From assembly GCA_011051715.1 (NCBI GenBank), contig DRKP01000006.1, positions 12,729 to 76,728 on the forward strand: 64,000 nt of DNA, read 5' to 3'. This DNA is from Sedimenticola thiotaurini. Lineage in GTDB: Bacteria; Pseudomonadota; Gammaproteobacteria; Chromatiales; Chromatiaceae. The notes under the pieces are model-generated. The model worked only from the letters and a program-made list of their open reading frames with translations. It was not told the origin of the DNA and ran no database searches. Made by a program: the position numbers and the translations under genes. Position 1 is the stretch's first letter, and the number at the start of each line of letters is the position of its first letter. Below, piece after piece: positions 37,866 through 46,744 of the stretch.

Positions 37866-38794
37866 TCCCCTTCTCTCCGGGGTTCCCAGCTGCCGCGGGG
37901 AAACCAATCCAGTACCCGGTATCCCCTCCCGCCCCCTCTGCCGCCCAGCCAGATCACCATTCGCCGGTGGGTGACGGCGCCGGAGGGCAGCCGGGCCCTC
38001 CCGGTGACCGTGTAGACCGGACCGGAGGCACGGGCCAGCCAGCGCCCGAGACCGGCCAGGGAGGCGAGCGGCGGCGCCGGGTCACCCGTGGACGCCGTCC
38101 CCCGCTGCGCCACCGCCTCGTCCACATCGGCCGGGTCCGCCTCCGGGATCGCGAGCAGCACCTGCCGTGGCGCGGTCAGCGGATTGATCCGGCCATCGAT
38201 GCCGTGGACGGTGACCAGGGGCAGCAGCCGCCGGTACAGCAGATCATCCATGCCCAGCACCTGTTGCAGCTCCTGCACGCTGGGAAAGGGGCGGTCGGGC
38301 GGCAGGCCGGGGCGGCCGGCGGCAGCGTAGTCCGCCCCCTCGGCACCGTTCAGCCGCCGTGCGTCGTCGCTGTCGCGCCAGTCCAGAATGGCGTCGCTGA
38401 GGGAGGCGGTTCGCTCCGGGGGCAGTTCCAGGGAACCGAGCAGGCCGCCGATCAGCTCCGCCGGCGCCCGGTTCAGATCGACCTTGCCACGTTCGTCCTC
38501 GATCCGGTAGGCCAGCTCCGCACCGTCCAGGGTGAACCGCTGTTCCCGTCCCGGCAGCAGCAGCCGGTAGCGTTGCCCCGGGGGCATGGTCAGCAGATCG
38601 TACAGGCCCTTGTGGATCGCCGCCCGGGCCAGCTCCGTCGCCTGCAGCGCCTCCAGCCGGTGGAGACCGATGCGAACCCCGCTGCGCATGCTGCGGGAGA
38701 AGCCGAAGGCCATCACCGACAGCAGTACCAGCAGCCAGAGGACGATCACCAGGGCCACTCCGGCCTGACAGCGCCGTTCTTTCACCGTCTTCAC
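37862..38794 (-). CDS. gspK: T2SS minor pseudopilin GspK
   Basis: GVALVIVLWLLVLLSVMA hydrophobic N-terminus without the conserved Glu5, GKVDLNRAP, and SLSDAILDWRDSDD / LQQVLGM helix-hairpin-helix-like motifs. GTG at 38794 overlaps the gspJ stop (GTGA). An alternative ATG lies at 38812. Confidence 0.8.
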   Translation of the reverse strand: MKTVKERRCQAGVALVIVLWLLVLLSVMAFGFSRSMRSGVRIGLHRLEALQATELARAAIHKGLYDLLTMPPGQRYRLLLPGREQRFTLDGAELAYRIEDERGKVDLNRAPAELIGGLLGSLELPPERTASLSDAILDWRDSDDARRLNGAEGADYAAAGRPGLPPDRPFPSVQELQQVLGMDDLLYRRLLPLVTVHGIDGRINPLTAPRQVLLAIPEADPADVDEAVAQRGTASTGDPAPPLASLAGLGRWLARASGPVYTVTGRARLPSGAVTHRRMVIWLGGRGGGRGYRVLDWFPRGSWEPRREGE

Positions 38795-39486
38795 TGGAGC
38801 TTCCAGCGGCACAGTCCGCCGAGGGCGGGGGAGAGGCAGCTGCCGTCCATGTCGATGACCGGCCGCACCACCAGCTCGGGCCAGTGGCCGTCATCCTGAT
38901 CCCCGGACGAGAGTCGGATCAGGGCCGGGGGAGCAGCCCCCTCGTCCCAGTGATCGCGCCAGGAGAGGGGGGGCTCCTCCTGCCGGCCGGCGGCATAGCC
39001 GAAGCGGAGCGGGGTACCGGACTCGGCCACCAGCCGCGCCTCCGCACCGGCCAGCTGCGCCTCCGGCGGGGTGCGGGGATCGAACAGCCGCCGTTTCAGC
39101 CACAGCTGATCACCACGCTCCGTCGTCTCGATGTACAGCTCCAGCAGATACAGGCCGCCCTGCCCTGGATAGGGCGGGAGGAAGGCGGCGAAGCGCAGCC
39201 GCTTCGGCCCGCCCGAGAACAGGTAGCGGGTGCCGGCCGGACCGGACCCGGTCAGCGGAAAGGCGTGACCGGCCAGGTCAACCAGCACCCGCTGCGCCAG
39301 CTGCAGGTCGGACGACTCGCGACCGACCCGCTCTCCCGCATCCCAGGCGCGGGTGGTGTACCGGATGCCCCCCAGCAGCAGGCCGAGGGCGACGACGAAG
39401 AGGGTGATGGCGATCATGACCTCGATCAGGGTGAAACCGGAGACCGCCGGCGTGTGACCCCGCTGGCCGGATCGTTTCCTCTTCAT
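38791..39486 (-). CDS. gspJ: T2SS minor pseudopilin GspJ
   Basis: Prepilin motif VSG/FTLIEVMIAITLF. 231 aa. ATGA overlap with gspI. Confidence 0.75.
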   Translation of the reverse strand: MKRKRSGQRGHTPAVSGFTLIEVMIAITLFVVALGLLLGGIRYTTRAWDAGERVGRESSDLQLAQRVLVDLAGHAFPLTGSGPAGTRYLFSGGPKRLRFAAFLPPYPGQGGLYLLELYIETTERGDQLWLKRRLFDPRTPPEAQLAGAEARLVAESGTPLRFGYAAGRQEEPPLSWRDHWDEGAAPPALIRLSSGDQDDGHWPELVVRPVIDMDGSCLSPALGGLCRWKLQ

Positions 39487-39884
39487 GACCGGCCGCCCAG
39501 GCGGAGTGTCTGCAGGGTCACCTCGCCCCCGCCACCGTCCCGCTGCCAGCGGATCTGCAGACGGATCCGGTACAACTTCGCTCCGTCGCCGCCCGTTTGC
39601 CCGCTGCCGGCCAGTGGTTCCGGCGCCGGCTGGATGGCCATGCGCCAGCGCATGCCGTCGTTCGATCCGCTTCGCTGCTCCTCCCGCAACACCGGTTCGG
39701 CATCCAGCCGGGCGAGCAGGGAGGTGGCCAGTGTCACGGCCCGGCCGTGGGCCGCCGTGCGTCCGCTGGCGGCCACGCCGGTGGAGAAGATCTGCAGGAT
39801 CAGCGCCAGCGCCATGGCCAGCAGCACGAAGGCGACCAGTACCTCCAGCAGGGAGAACCCGCGCTGTCCGTGGGGGGGGCTCAA
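39483..39884 (-). CDS. gspI: T2SS minor pseudopilin GspI
   Basis: Prepilin motif QRG/FSLLEVLVAFVLL. 133 aa. TTG start overlapping the gspH stop (TTGA). Confidence 0.75.
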   Translation of the reverse strand: MSPPHGQRGFSLLEVLVAFVLLAMALALILQIFSTGVAASGRTAAHGRAVTLATSLLARLDAEPVLREEQRSGSNDGMRWRMAIQPAPEPLAGSGQTGGDGAKLYRIRLQIRWQRDGGGGEVTLQTLRLGGRS

Positions 39885-40447
39885 TCTGGATTCTCCCCCC
39901 TGACGGTGATCCGGCCGGTGAGCCAGTCCACCGCGATCAGGAATCCGCGCCCGCCGCGGGTCAATTCGATGCGGCCGCCGGTGGAGGAGCCGTCCGGAAA
40001 AAAGCGGATCGAGGCGTGAGCGGCATCCGGCCGCTCCGATTCCGCCGTCGTCATCTTCACCGTGATCGCGGGGTCGAGAACGATGGTGTGATCGCGGCCG
40101 CTGGTCCCGAAGTGCCGTCGTTCCAGGTCCAGCCCGAAGCGCTGGTCACGACCGCGGGAGATCGCCAGGGACCGGGTGAGACGCAGCCCCGCGGCGACGC
40201 GGGCGGCCGTGCCGCGCAGGCCGGCACCCGCCACCCCGCCGGAGAAACGGGTCGGGAGCAGGACCAGGATGCCGATCAGCAGGGTCAGTGCGATCAGCAG
40301 TTCGACCAGTGAGAAGCCACCGCCGGCACGCGGGAGCGTGCCGCCAGCCGGTGCCCCGCGAAGCAGCGGGTCAGGGACGGATATCGGCGTTCTCTCCTTC
40401 ACCACCTTCCGTATCGTCCGCGCCGAGGGAGAAGAGGTCGTAGTCAC
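39881..40447 (-). CDS. gspH: T2SS minor pseudopilin GspH
   Basis: Prepilin motif GGG/FSLVELLIALTLL with a GspH-like C-domain. The true start is uncertain: the GTG at 40447 overlaps gspG by 77 nt, and internal GTG/CTG starts are possible. Confidence 0.7.
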   Translation of the reverse strand: MTTTSSPSARTIRKVVKERTPISVPDPLLRGAPAGGTLPRAGGGFSLVELLIALTLLIGILVLLPTRFSGGVAGAGLRGTAARVAAGLRLTRSLAISRGRDQRFGLDLERRHFGTSGRDHTIVLDPAITVKMTTAESERPDAAHASIRFFPDGSSTGGRIELTRGGRGFLIAVDWLTGRITVRGENPD

Positions 40448-40799
40448 CCTCCTTTCCGGGATACCGGTAATGATACTCCCGGCCCCAGGGGTCGACGGGG
40501 AGCTTGCGCTTGCGCAGGTAGGGGCCGCGCCAGTTGCCGGCCCCCTCCGGCGGCTCCACCAGGGCGGCCAGGCCTTCGCGCTGCGACGGATAGCGGCCCA
40601 TGTCCAGCAGGTAGAGGTCCAGTGCCGCGGCGATCTGCTCCACCTGGAGGCGGGCGGTGTCCGCCTTGCCGCGGCTGAGATAGCCGACCACGCGGGGGCC
40701 GACCAGCCCGGCCAGCAGTCCGAGGATCACCAGGACCACCAGCAGCTCGATCAGGGTGAAGCCGCGCTGCCGAATCCGTCGTCCGTTGCGCCCAGTCAT
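40371..40799 (-). CDS. gspG: T2SS major pseudopilin GspG
   Basis: QRG/FTLIELLVVLVILGLLAGLV, LDLYLLDMGRYP, PWGREYHY. GAGGGAAGG RBS before the ATG at 40799. Confidence 0.92.
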   Translation of the reverse strand: MTGRNGRRIRQRGFTLIELLVVLVILGLLAGLVGPRVVGYLSRGKADTARLQVEQIAAALDLYLLDMGRYPSQREGLAALVEPPEGAGNWRGPYLRKRKLPVDPWGREYHYRYPGKEGDYDLFSLGADDTEGGEGENADIRP

Positions 40800-41032
40800 G
40801 CCTTCCCTCAACAACCGGAGTCTGCCATCGAAGTCGATGGGGCGAGTGTCTCACAACCGGACGGGAGTGGAACAGGAGCCGTGCGGGAAGGATGGAAGAG
40901 ATCACGTTTTTCCACTTCCGGTGAGGAGGAATGCAGTAAAAACCGGGTTTCAACCGTTATCTGCGGATCAGGTTCCCGAACGCCCGCCGCTGGCGGGGAC
41001 ACAAGGCCGCCGGACCGGTGAAGGAGACCTAC

Positions 41033-43234
41033 ATGCCACGTAAATGGATCACCTCCCTCGTTCTGCTCGCCGCTTCCGGCTGGCAGCTCTCCTGCACCGG
41101 CGTGGCGCCACGGAAACAGCCGGCGGCGGATCAGGGTGATCCCCTGGCTTCCTACTCCGTTGTTGCCGGCATGCCGGACGAACCGGGGACACCAGGCGCA
41201 CCGGCCGCAATGACCAAGGCGGCCACTTCATCCGGCAACCCGGATCGGCCACGCGCCTTCAAGGGCAGTGACCTCCTGGTGCGGGCACCCGCCACCGTCA
41301 CCCCGCCGGTGCAGCTGCAGGGCGGGGGGCTGGTGCTCAATTTCGAGAATGCCGATCTGCGGGACGTGGTGCGCACCATCCTGGGCGATTTTCTCAAGGT
41401 CGCCTATATCTACGATCCCCGGGTACAGGGCAAGGTCAGTCTCCAGACCACCCGTCAGCTGGGACCGGACGAGGTGCTGGCGACCCTGGAGACGGTACTG
41501 CGCATGAACGGCGCAGCGATGGTGCCCGCTGGGGAGAGCTACCGGATCGTGCCGGTGGACGAGGCCGCGGGCCAGACGGTTCCACAACTGGGCGATGGCG
41601 GCAGTCTCCTCGCCCCGCTGCCGGCCGGCTACCGGGTGGTGGTGGTGCCGCTTAAGTACAGTTCGGCGTTGCAGATGGAGAAGCTGCTGCAGCCGTTCGT
41701 CGGTCCCAAGAGCATCCTGCGGGCCGATGCGGACCGTAACCTGCTGGTGCTGGCCGGTACCAGCCGGGAGGTGGCAGTGCTGCTGGAGACGGTCCAGATG
41801 TTCGACGTCGACTGGCTGGCCGGCATGTCGATCGGGCTCTACCCCCTGTCCGAGGTGTCGCCGGAGAAGATGATCCCGGAGCTGGATGGCATCTTCGGCA
41901 CCGCTGCCGATGGCCCCCTGGCGGGGCTGGTCCGCTACCAGCCGATCGAACGGCTCAATGCAATTCTGGTCATCACCCCCCGTTCCTCTTACCTGGACCA
42001 GGTCGGGAAGTGGATCCGGCGTCTGGACCGGAGCTCCACCCTGGGGCAGAACCTCTACGTCTACTACCTGGAAAACGGCAAGGCGGCGGATATCGCCATG
42101 ATCCTGGAGAAGATCTTCGCCAGGGATTCCGTGCCGGAACAGGATCGCGGCCGGGTGGCACCCGGTCTCACGCCGGTGGAGGTGGTCGCCGCCGCTCCGG
42201 CCGGAACGCCGGTGGAGACCGGGAAGTCTGCACCCGGTACCGGCACGGCCGGAGCTGGCGGACGTCGCAGCGAGGGGCTCTCCTTCTCCTCCGGATCGGA
42301 CATCCGCATCATCGCCGACGAGGTGAACAACTCGCTGCTGATCCTGGCCACGCCCCAGGATCACCGCATGGTGGTGGCGGCGATCCGCAAGCTGGACATC
42401 GTGCCGCTGCAGGTGCTGATCGAGGCCACCATCGCCGAGGTGAAGCTGAACGACAGGATGCGCTTCGGCCTGCAGTGGTTCTTCAAGTCCGGCGATATCA
42501 CCGCCACCCTCAGTTCCGGTGAGACCGGCAACATCGGATCCGACTTCCCCGGCTTTTCGCTGGTGTTTGCCGGTGCCGATGCCAAGGTGATCCTGGATGC
42601 GCTGGACAAGGAGACCTCGGTCAACATCGTCTCCTCTCCGCACCTGATGGTGCTGGACAACCAGACCGCGTCGCTGCAGGTGGGCGACGAGGTGCCGGTG
42701 ATCACCAGGCAGCAGCAGAGCACGGCCACCGACGCCAACCTGGTGAATACGGTGGAGTACCGCAATACCGGCGTCATCATGAACGTGACGCCCCGGGTCA
42801 ATCCGAGCGGATCCATCATCATGGAGGTGGAACAGGAGGTGAGCAATGTGGTGCCCAGCACCGAGGAGACCCTCACCCCGACCATCAGCCAGCGCAAGTT
42901 CAAGAGTTCGGTGGTGGTCCAGTCCGGGGACACGGTGGTGCTCGGTGGACTGATCTTCGACTTCACCACCAAGCAGCGACAGGGCCTGCCGCTGCTGTCG
43001 CGTCTGCCGCTGGTCGGTGCCCTGTTCGGCTCCACAGAGAGCAACAACGACCGCACCGAGCTGGTGATGCTGATCACGCCACGGCTGGTGCGCGACCGCT
43101 ACCAGGCGAAAAAGGTGACGGAGGAGGTGAGGCGGCGCCTGCAGAGCCTGCGGCAGCTGCAGAAACAGACCATCAGGACGCCGGTGATGGACCAGGTGTC
43201 GCCACTGCGGCGGGAGGCCGGGGAGGCCCAATAG
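41033..43234 (+). CDS. gspD: T2SS outer-membrane secretin GspD
   Basis: AAGGAG RBS at 41021-41026. N0 domain LNFENADLRDVVRTILG, N1-N3 repeats and the secretin domain VLDNQTASLQVGDEVPV...GGLIFD...LPLLSRLPLVGALFG. Confidence 0.92.
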   Translation: MPRKWITSLVLLAASGWQLSCTGVAPRKQPAADQGDPLASYSVVAGMPDEPGTPGAPAAMTKAATSSGNPDRPRAFKGSDLLVRAPATVTPPVQLQGGGLVLNFENADLRDVVRTILGDFLKVAYIYDPRVQGKVSLQTTRQLGPDEVLATLETVLRMNGAAMVPAGESYRIVPVDEAAGQTVPQLGDGGSLLAPLPAGYRVVVVPLKYSSALQMEKLLQPFVGPKSILRADADRNLLVLAGTSREVAVLLETVQMFDVDWLAGMSIGLYPLSEVSPEKMIPELDGIFGTAADGPLAGLVRYQPIERLNAILVITPRSSYLDQVGKWIRRLDRSSTLGQNLYVYYLENGKAADIAMILEKIFARDSVPEQDRGRVAPGLTPVEVVAAAPAGTPVETGKSAPGTGTAGAGGRRSEGLSFSSGSDIRIIADEVNNSLLILATPQDHRMVVAAIRKLDIVPLQVLIEATIAEVKLNDRMRFGLQWFFKSGDITATLSSGETGNIGSDFPGFSLVFAGADAKVILDALDKETSVNIVSSPHLMVLDNQTASLQVGDEVPVITRQQQSTATDANLVNTVEYRNTGVIMNVTPRVNPSGSIIMEVEQEVSNVVPSTEETLTPTISQRKFKSSVVVQSGDTVVLGGLIFDFTTKQRQGLPLLSRLPLVGALFGSTESNNDRTELVMLITPRLVRDRYQAKKVTEEVRRRLQSLRQLQKQTIRTPVMDQVSPLRREAGEAQ

Positions 43235-43304
43235 TCCCCCGGGTCCGGCCTCCTGCTGGGCCGGATCCACCCGGCAACCGGTCCGTTCCTTTCCTGCAAT
43301 CAAC

Positions 43305-43339
43305 TTAAAAAAAGAGGCGCACGGCCTGCGCCGTGCGCC
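43305..43339 (-). terminator. Rho-independent terminator of the nonahaem cytochrome gene
   Basis: Perfect 10-bp stem GGCGCACGGC (43316-43325) / GCCGTGCGCC (43330-43339) with a 4-nt loop, followed on the minus strand by a U-tract (A-run 43307-43313 on plus). Confidence 0.75.
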
Positions 43340-43364
43340 CCCGGGTAACGACCAGTCCCTGTGA

Positions 43365-45836
43365 CTACAGCTTGTTTTCGTGGCAGGAGGAGCAGGTCAC
43401 CCGCTCGCCCTTTGCCAGCACGATGGTCTTGCTCCCATCCGGCTGCTTCTCGTCACTCTTCAGACTGCGCTCCGCCGCGGTACGTGACAGCACCGTGCCC
43501 TCTCCGTTCTCGCCGTGGCAGGAGCGGCAGGCGTTGGCGTTCTTCTCCGCCAGCTTTTCGTGATCCTCGGCGAACTTGGTGGCGCCGACCGGGTGCATGC
43601 CATGCGGCCCGTCGAGGGTGATGCCCAGGTCGCCCTCGTGGCAGGTGCTGCATTCGACGATGGCGCCGGTGTGGCCCTGCAGTCCCTCTGCGGTCCGGTT
43701 GTCGTTCGACCACGGGTTGGCATTGGGCCAGATGGCGTGAGTGCTGCCGTGGCAGTTCTCGCAGCTCAGCCCCTCGTGCCCCTTGCCCAGGTTATCCTTG
43801 CCACCGCTGAGGCGGTAGAGATCCTGGTTGGAGGCGAAACGGGACTCGCTGAAGTTCCACAGCGCCAGCTTGTCCGGCCCGCCGACGCTCTTGTGGTCGC
43901 TCCTGGCGTAGGCCAGTTTCAGCCGCAGGTTGTCCGGATTGCCCGCCTTGTCGGTGACGTTGAGCACCGCGTCGGTCAGCATGCCGGAACTGGCCAGCTG
44001 CTTCACCTGCAGCACATCACCCAGGTGACAGGACTGGCATTTCGGCTCCGAGGCCCAGGGTACCCGCTTGCTGAGGTCGGCGCCGTCGGGGAAGCCCGCC
44101 AGCGGGAAGTTCTCGCTGAAGTCGTCCCCGACCTGGGTCAGCTGGCCATGGCAGTCCTGGCAGACGATACCGGCATCGCTCATGGCGCCGCGCAGGCACT
44201 TGGTGCGCTTGCCCGGATGGCAGTTGTAACAGGTCTCCTGCAGCACCTCTTCCTGCTGCTGGGCGGTGCGCTCGTCCGGCAGCGGCATCAGCGGAAACAG
44301 ATGACTGTAGTCCGCATCCTGATTGAGGGCGCCGTGGTAGCCGTGCATCGCCCGGGACATGCTGATGTGCCGGGTCTGTTCCTTGCCGTTGTCATCGGTC
44401 GGACCCATGTGGGCCAGGTCCAGTGCGGGTGAGTAGTGGCAGTTGGCGCAGACCACGTTGGGGGTCGATCCGTCGGCGAAGCTGCCATCCGGATTCGGCC
44501 CCACCAGCGAGGTGCCGAACTTGAAGTCGTGCAGGCGCATGATGTTGGTCTTGGCGGCGTTGATCACCTTCTGCTCCGGCGTGTCGCCCAGGGCCAGCGA
44601 GGCATCCTCGATGAACTGCACGCTGTTGTATTCCGGTTTGCTGTTGGCGATGTCGTCGCAGACCAGGGTGTTGGTGGTATCGAAGTCACACACGTTCTGG
44701 CTGGCGTGACAGATCTGGCAGTCGGCCTCGGAGGCCACCGGCACCACCGTCTCCACCGCGGCCAGCTCGTTGCCGTCGGAGTCCCGTGCCACCACCCGCA
44801 TCAGCGGATAGGGGTTGGTCAGCCCCATGTCGTCGGTGGGCGTGATGGGAACGCCCTCGGCGGTGTACCGGTTGAAGTTCTGCACCGTGTAGCCGAACGG
44901 AAAGTTGATGAAGAAGGGCAGGTCGGCGACATAGCCATGGAACGGCTGCGGGGTGTTGCCCGGTCCCGGCATGGCGGACTGTTCCGCCTGCAGGGTGCCG
45001 CCACCGAGGTAGAGTTCGACCAGGTTGGGCGCCGGCAGGCCCGTGTCCGGCGGCAGCCCGAACATGTCCAGCACCCCTGCCGGGTAGAGGCTGTCGTAGG
45101 CGAGCACTCCGACGGGCCTGCTCTCTGGCGGGATGATCTCCCAGAAGTTGCTCTTGAAGATTCCGCCTGCCAGATCGTTCTGGCTGGTGGTGGTGATGGA
45201 GTCGCTGACCAGCGGTGGCAGGGTCGGGTCGTTCGGATCGATGACGTTCGAGGTGGTCGCCTCGTAGGTGACGCTGATTCCGTCCGCGGGACCGAGCAGT
45301 TGCGGCTCCTGGCCCTTGCGCAGCACCTGGGCGTTGAGCACGTTGTAGGGCGGCAGGATACTGAACAGCCGGTAGTCGGTGTCGGCACAATGCATGCCCA
45401 GGTCGTTGGCCGCCAGCACGGTATAGTTGCCGTTGCCCCCCGCTGGCGGCGGTGGCGGCGGATTGGGGTCTCCGGCCAGATCACAGTCGTCGGGGGCGTG
45501 CTTCACCTTCTTCTCGGCGCTTCTGCCGTCGGACTGTACCACCCGGACCCGGCAGGGTACCGGCGAGAGACCGCGCTCCTTGAACTTCCACTCGTCGTCA
45601 TCGATGGTCTGGGTGGCGATCACCTCGTGGTTGGAGGCGTACATCAGGGTGACGGTGCGCTCCTTCTTGCCCTTGCCCTTGACCGTGAGCCGTTGCTTCT
45701 CCTGGTCCCATTTCGCTTCCTTGATCTTGAAACCGTCACCTGCCAGCAGCGGTCCACTGCTGAGCAGCAGGCCGAGCAATACCGCGGCGGCAACACCCCC
45801 TCTGCCCGCTCCAGCGGGATTCGTCGTCATCTCCAT
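43365..45836 (-). CDS. Large secreted nonahaem c-type cytochrome (823 aa) with a haem-free N-terminal half
   Basis: GGAGGA RBS and ATG at 45836. Signal peptide GGVAAAVLLGLLLSSGPLLAG. Nine CxxCH motifs: CQICH, CANCH, CYNCH, CQDCH, CQSCH, CENCH, CSTCH, CRSCH and CSSCH, all after about residue 373. Confidence 0.88.
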   Translation of the reverse strand: MEMTTNPAGAGRGGVAAAVLLGLLLSSGPLLAGDGFKIKEAKWDQEKQRLTVKGKGKKERTVTLMYASNHEVIATQTIDDDEWKFKERGLSPVPCRVRVVQSDGRSAEKKVKHAPDDCDLAGDPNPPPPPPAGGNGNYTVLAANDLGMHCADTDYRLFSILPPYNVLNAQVLRKGQEPQLLGPADGISVTYEATTSNVIDPNDPTLPPLVSDSITTTSQNDLAGGIFKSNFWEIIPPESRPVGVLAYDSLYPAGVLDMFGLPPDTGLPAPNLVELYLGGGTLQAEQSAMPGPGNTPQPFHGYVADLPFFINFPFGYTVQNFNRYTAEGVPITPTDDMGLTNPYPLMRVVARDSDGNELAAVETVVPVASEADCQICHASQNVCDFDTTNTLVCDDIANSKPEYNSVQFIEDASLALGDTPEQKVINAAKTNIMRLHDFKFGTSLVGPNPDGSFADGSTPNVVCANCHYSPALDLAHMGPTDDNGKEQTRHISMSRAMHGYHGALNQDADYSHLFPLMPLPDERTAQQQEEVLQETCYNCHPGKRTKCLRGAMSDAGIVCQDCHGQLTQVGDDFSENFPLAGFPDGADLSKRVPWASEPKCQSCHLGDVLQVKQLASSGMLTDAVLNVTDKAGNPDNLRLKLAYARSDHKSVGGPDKLALWNFSESRFASNQDLYRLSGGKDNLGKGHEGLSCENCHGSTHAIWPNANPWSNDNRTAEGLQGHTGAIVECSTCHEGDLGITLDGPHGMHPVGATKFAEDHEKLAEKNANACRSCHGENGEGTVLSRTAAERSLKSDEKQPDGSKTIVLAKGERVTCSSCHENKL

Positions 45837-46143
45837 TGTTCCAATTCCTCCAGACGTTGAAAGAGATATGGTCGATTCTTCGTGGCAGGTGACGAGAGGG
45901 CACAAATCGCAAGCCTGTTCCCGTGCCTGTCCTGTTCTTCTGTCCCTTCAGCAAGGAAAAACGGGGGAGGCGGGAGTTTTTTCCGGCCGGGCGGGAGGAA
46001 AATGGGGGAGATGGGCAGAAATGTGACCGGGTTCATCCTTCGTGTCCGGGCCTGGGACTGTCGCGAATGGCACGGCCCTTCTTTCACAGGTTCGGGGATC
46101 GTCCTACAATCGACATCTCCCTGGTTCAACCGGAATCCATTCC

Positions 46144-46713
46144 ATGATGAGGAGAATCCTCCTGGCAGGGCTGCTGCTGCTCCAGCCAGTGGCACTGCCG
46201 GCAGCGAACGTGGCGGGCGTCGATCTGCCCGACAGGGTGAAGCCGCAGGGGATGAAACAGACGCTGGTCCTGAACGGGGCCGGTGTGCGCAGGAAGTTCT
46301 TCTTCCGCATCTACATCGGTGCGCTCTATCTTCCGCAACCCGACTCCTCGGCCGCCGCCGTGATCGGCAGTGACGCCCCGAGCCGGGTGCTGATGCATTT
46401 CGTCTACCACGAAGTGAGCCGGGACAAGCTGACGGCCGCCTGGTGGGACGGATTCAGGGACAACCTCGATGCGGCGACACTGCGGGCACTGACACCGCGG
46501 ATCGGGAAGTTCGCCGCCCTGTTCGACGATGCCCGGGAGGGGGATCGCATCTGGCTCGACTACCTGCCGGGGCAGGGGACGCGGGTGACCGTCAACGGCC
46601 GGGTGCGGGGAGTGATTCCGGGGGCGGATTTCCACCGCGCCCTGCTGCGTATCTGGCTGGGGGACGAGCCGGTGGCGGGGGATCTGAAGCGGGCCATGCT
46701 CGGTCTTGACTGA
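46144..46713 (+). CDS. Secreted chalcone isomerase-like family protein
   Basis: Signal peptide MMRRILLAGLLLLQPVALPAA. Chalcone_3-like LVLNGAGVRRKFFFRIYIGALYL and ALLRIWLGDEPV. Confidence 0.8.
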   Translation: MMRRILLAGLLLLQPVALPAANVAGVDLPDRVKPQGMKQTLVLNGAGVRRKFFFRIYIGALYLPQPDSSAAAVIGSDAPSRVLMHFVYHEVSRDKLTAAWWDGFRDNLDAATLRALTPRIGKFAALFDDAREGDRIWLDYLPGQGTRVTVNGRVRGVIPGADFHRALLRIWLGDEPVAGDLKRAMLGLD

Positions 46714-46744
46714 GGGGCGCGGCGCTTCTTCGGGTACCTGCTCC

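Noticed and set aside
41033-41100. GspD as a lipoprotein secretin (Cys in ...GWQLSCTG).
   Set aside because: The residues before the Cys (Q-L-S) do not fit the L-[AS]-[GA]-C lipobox well. I treat it as an ordinary signal peptide unless a predictor says otherwise.
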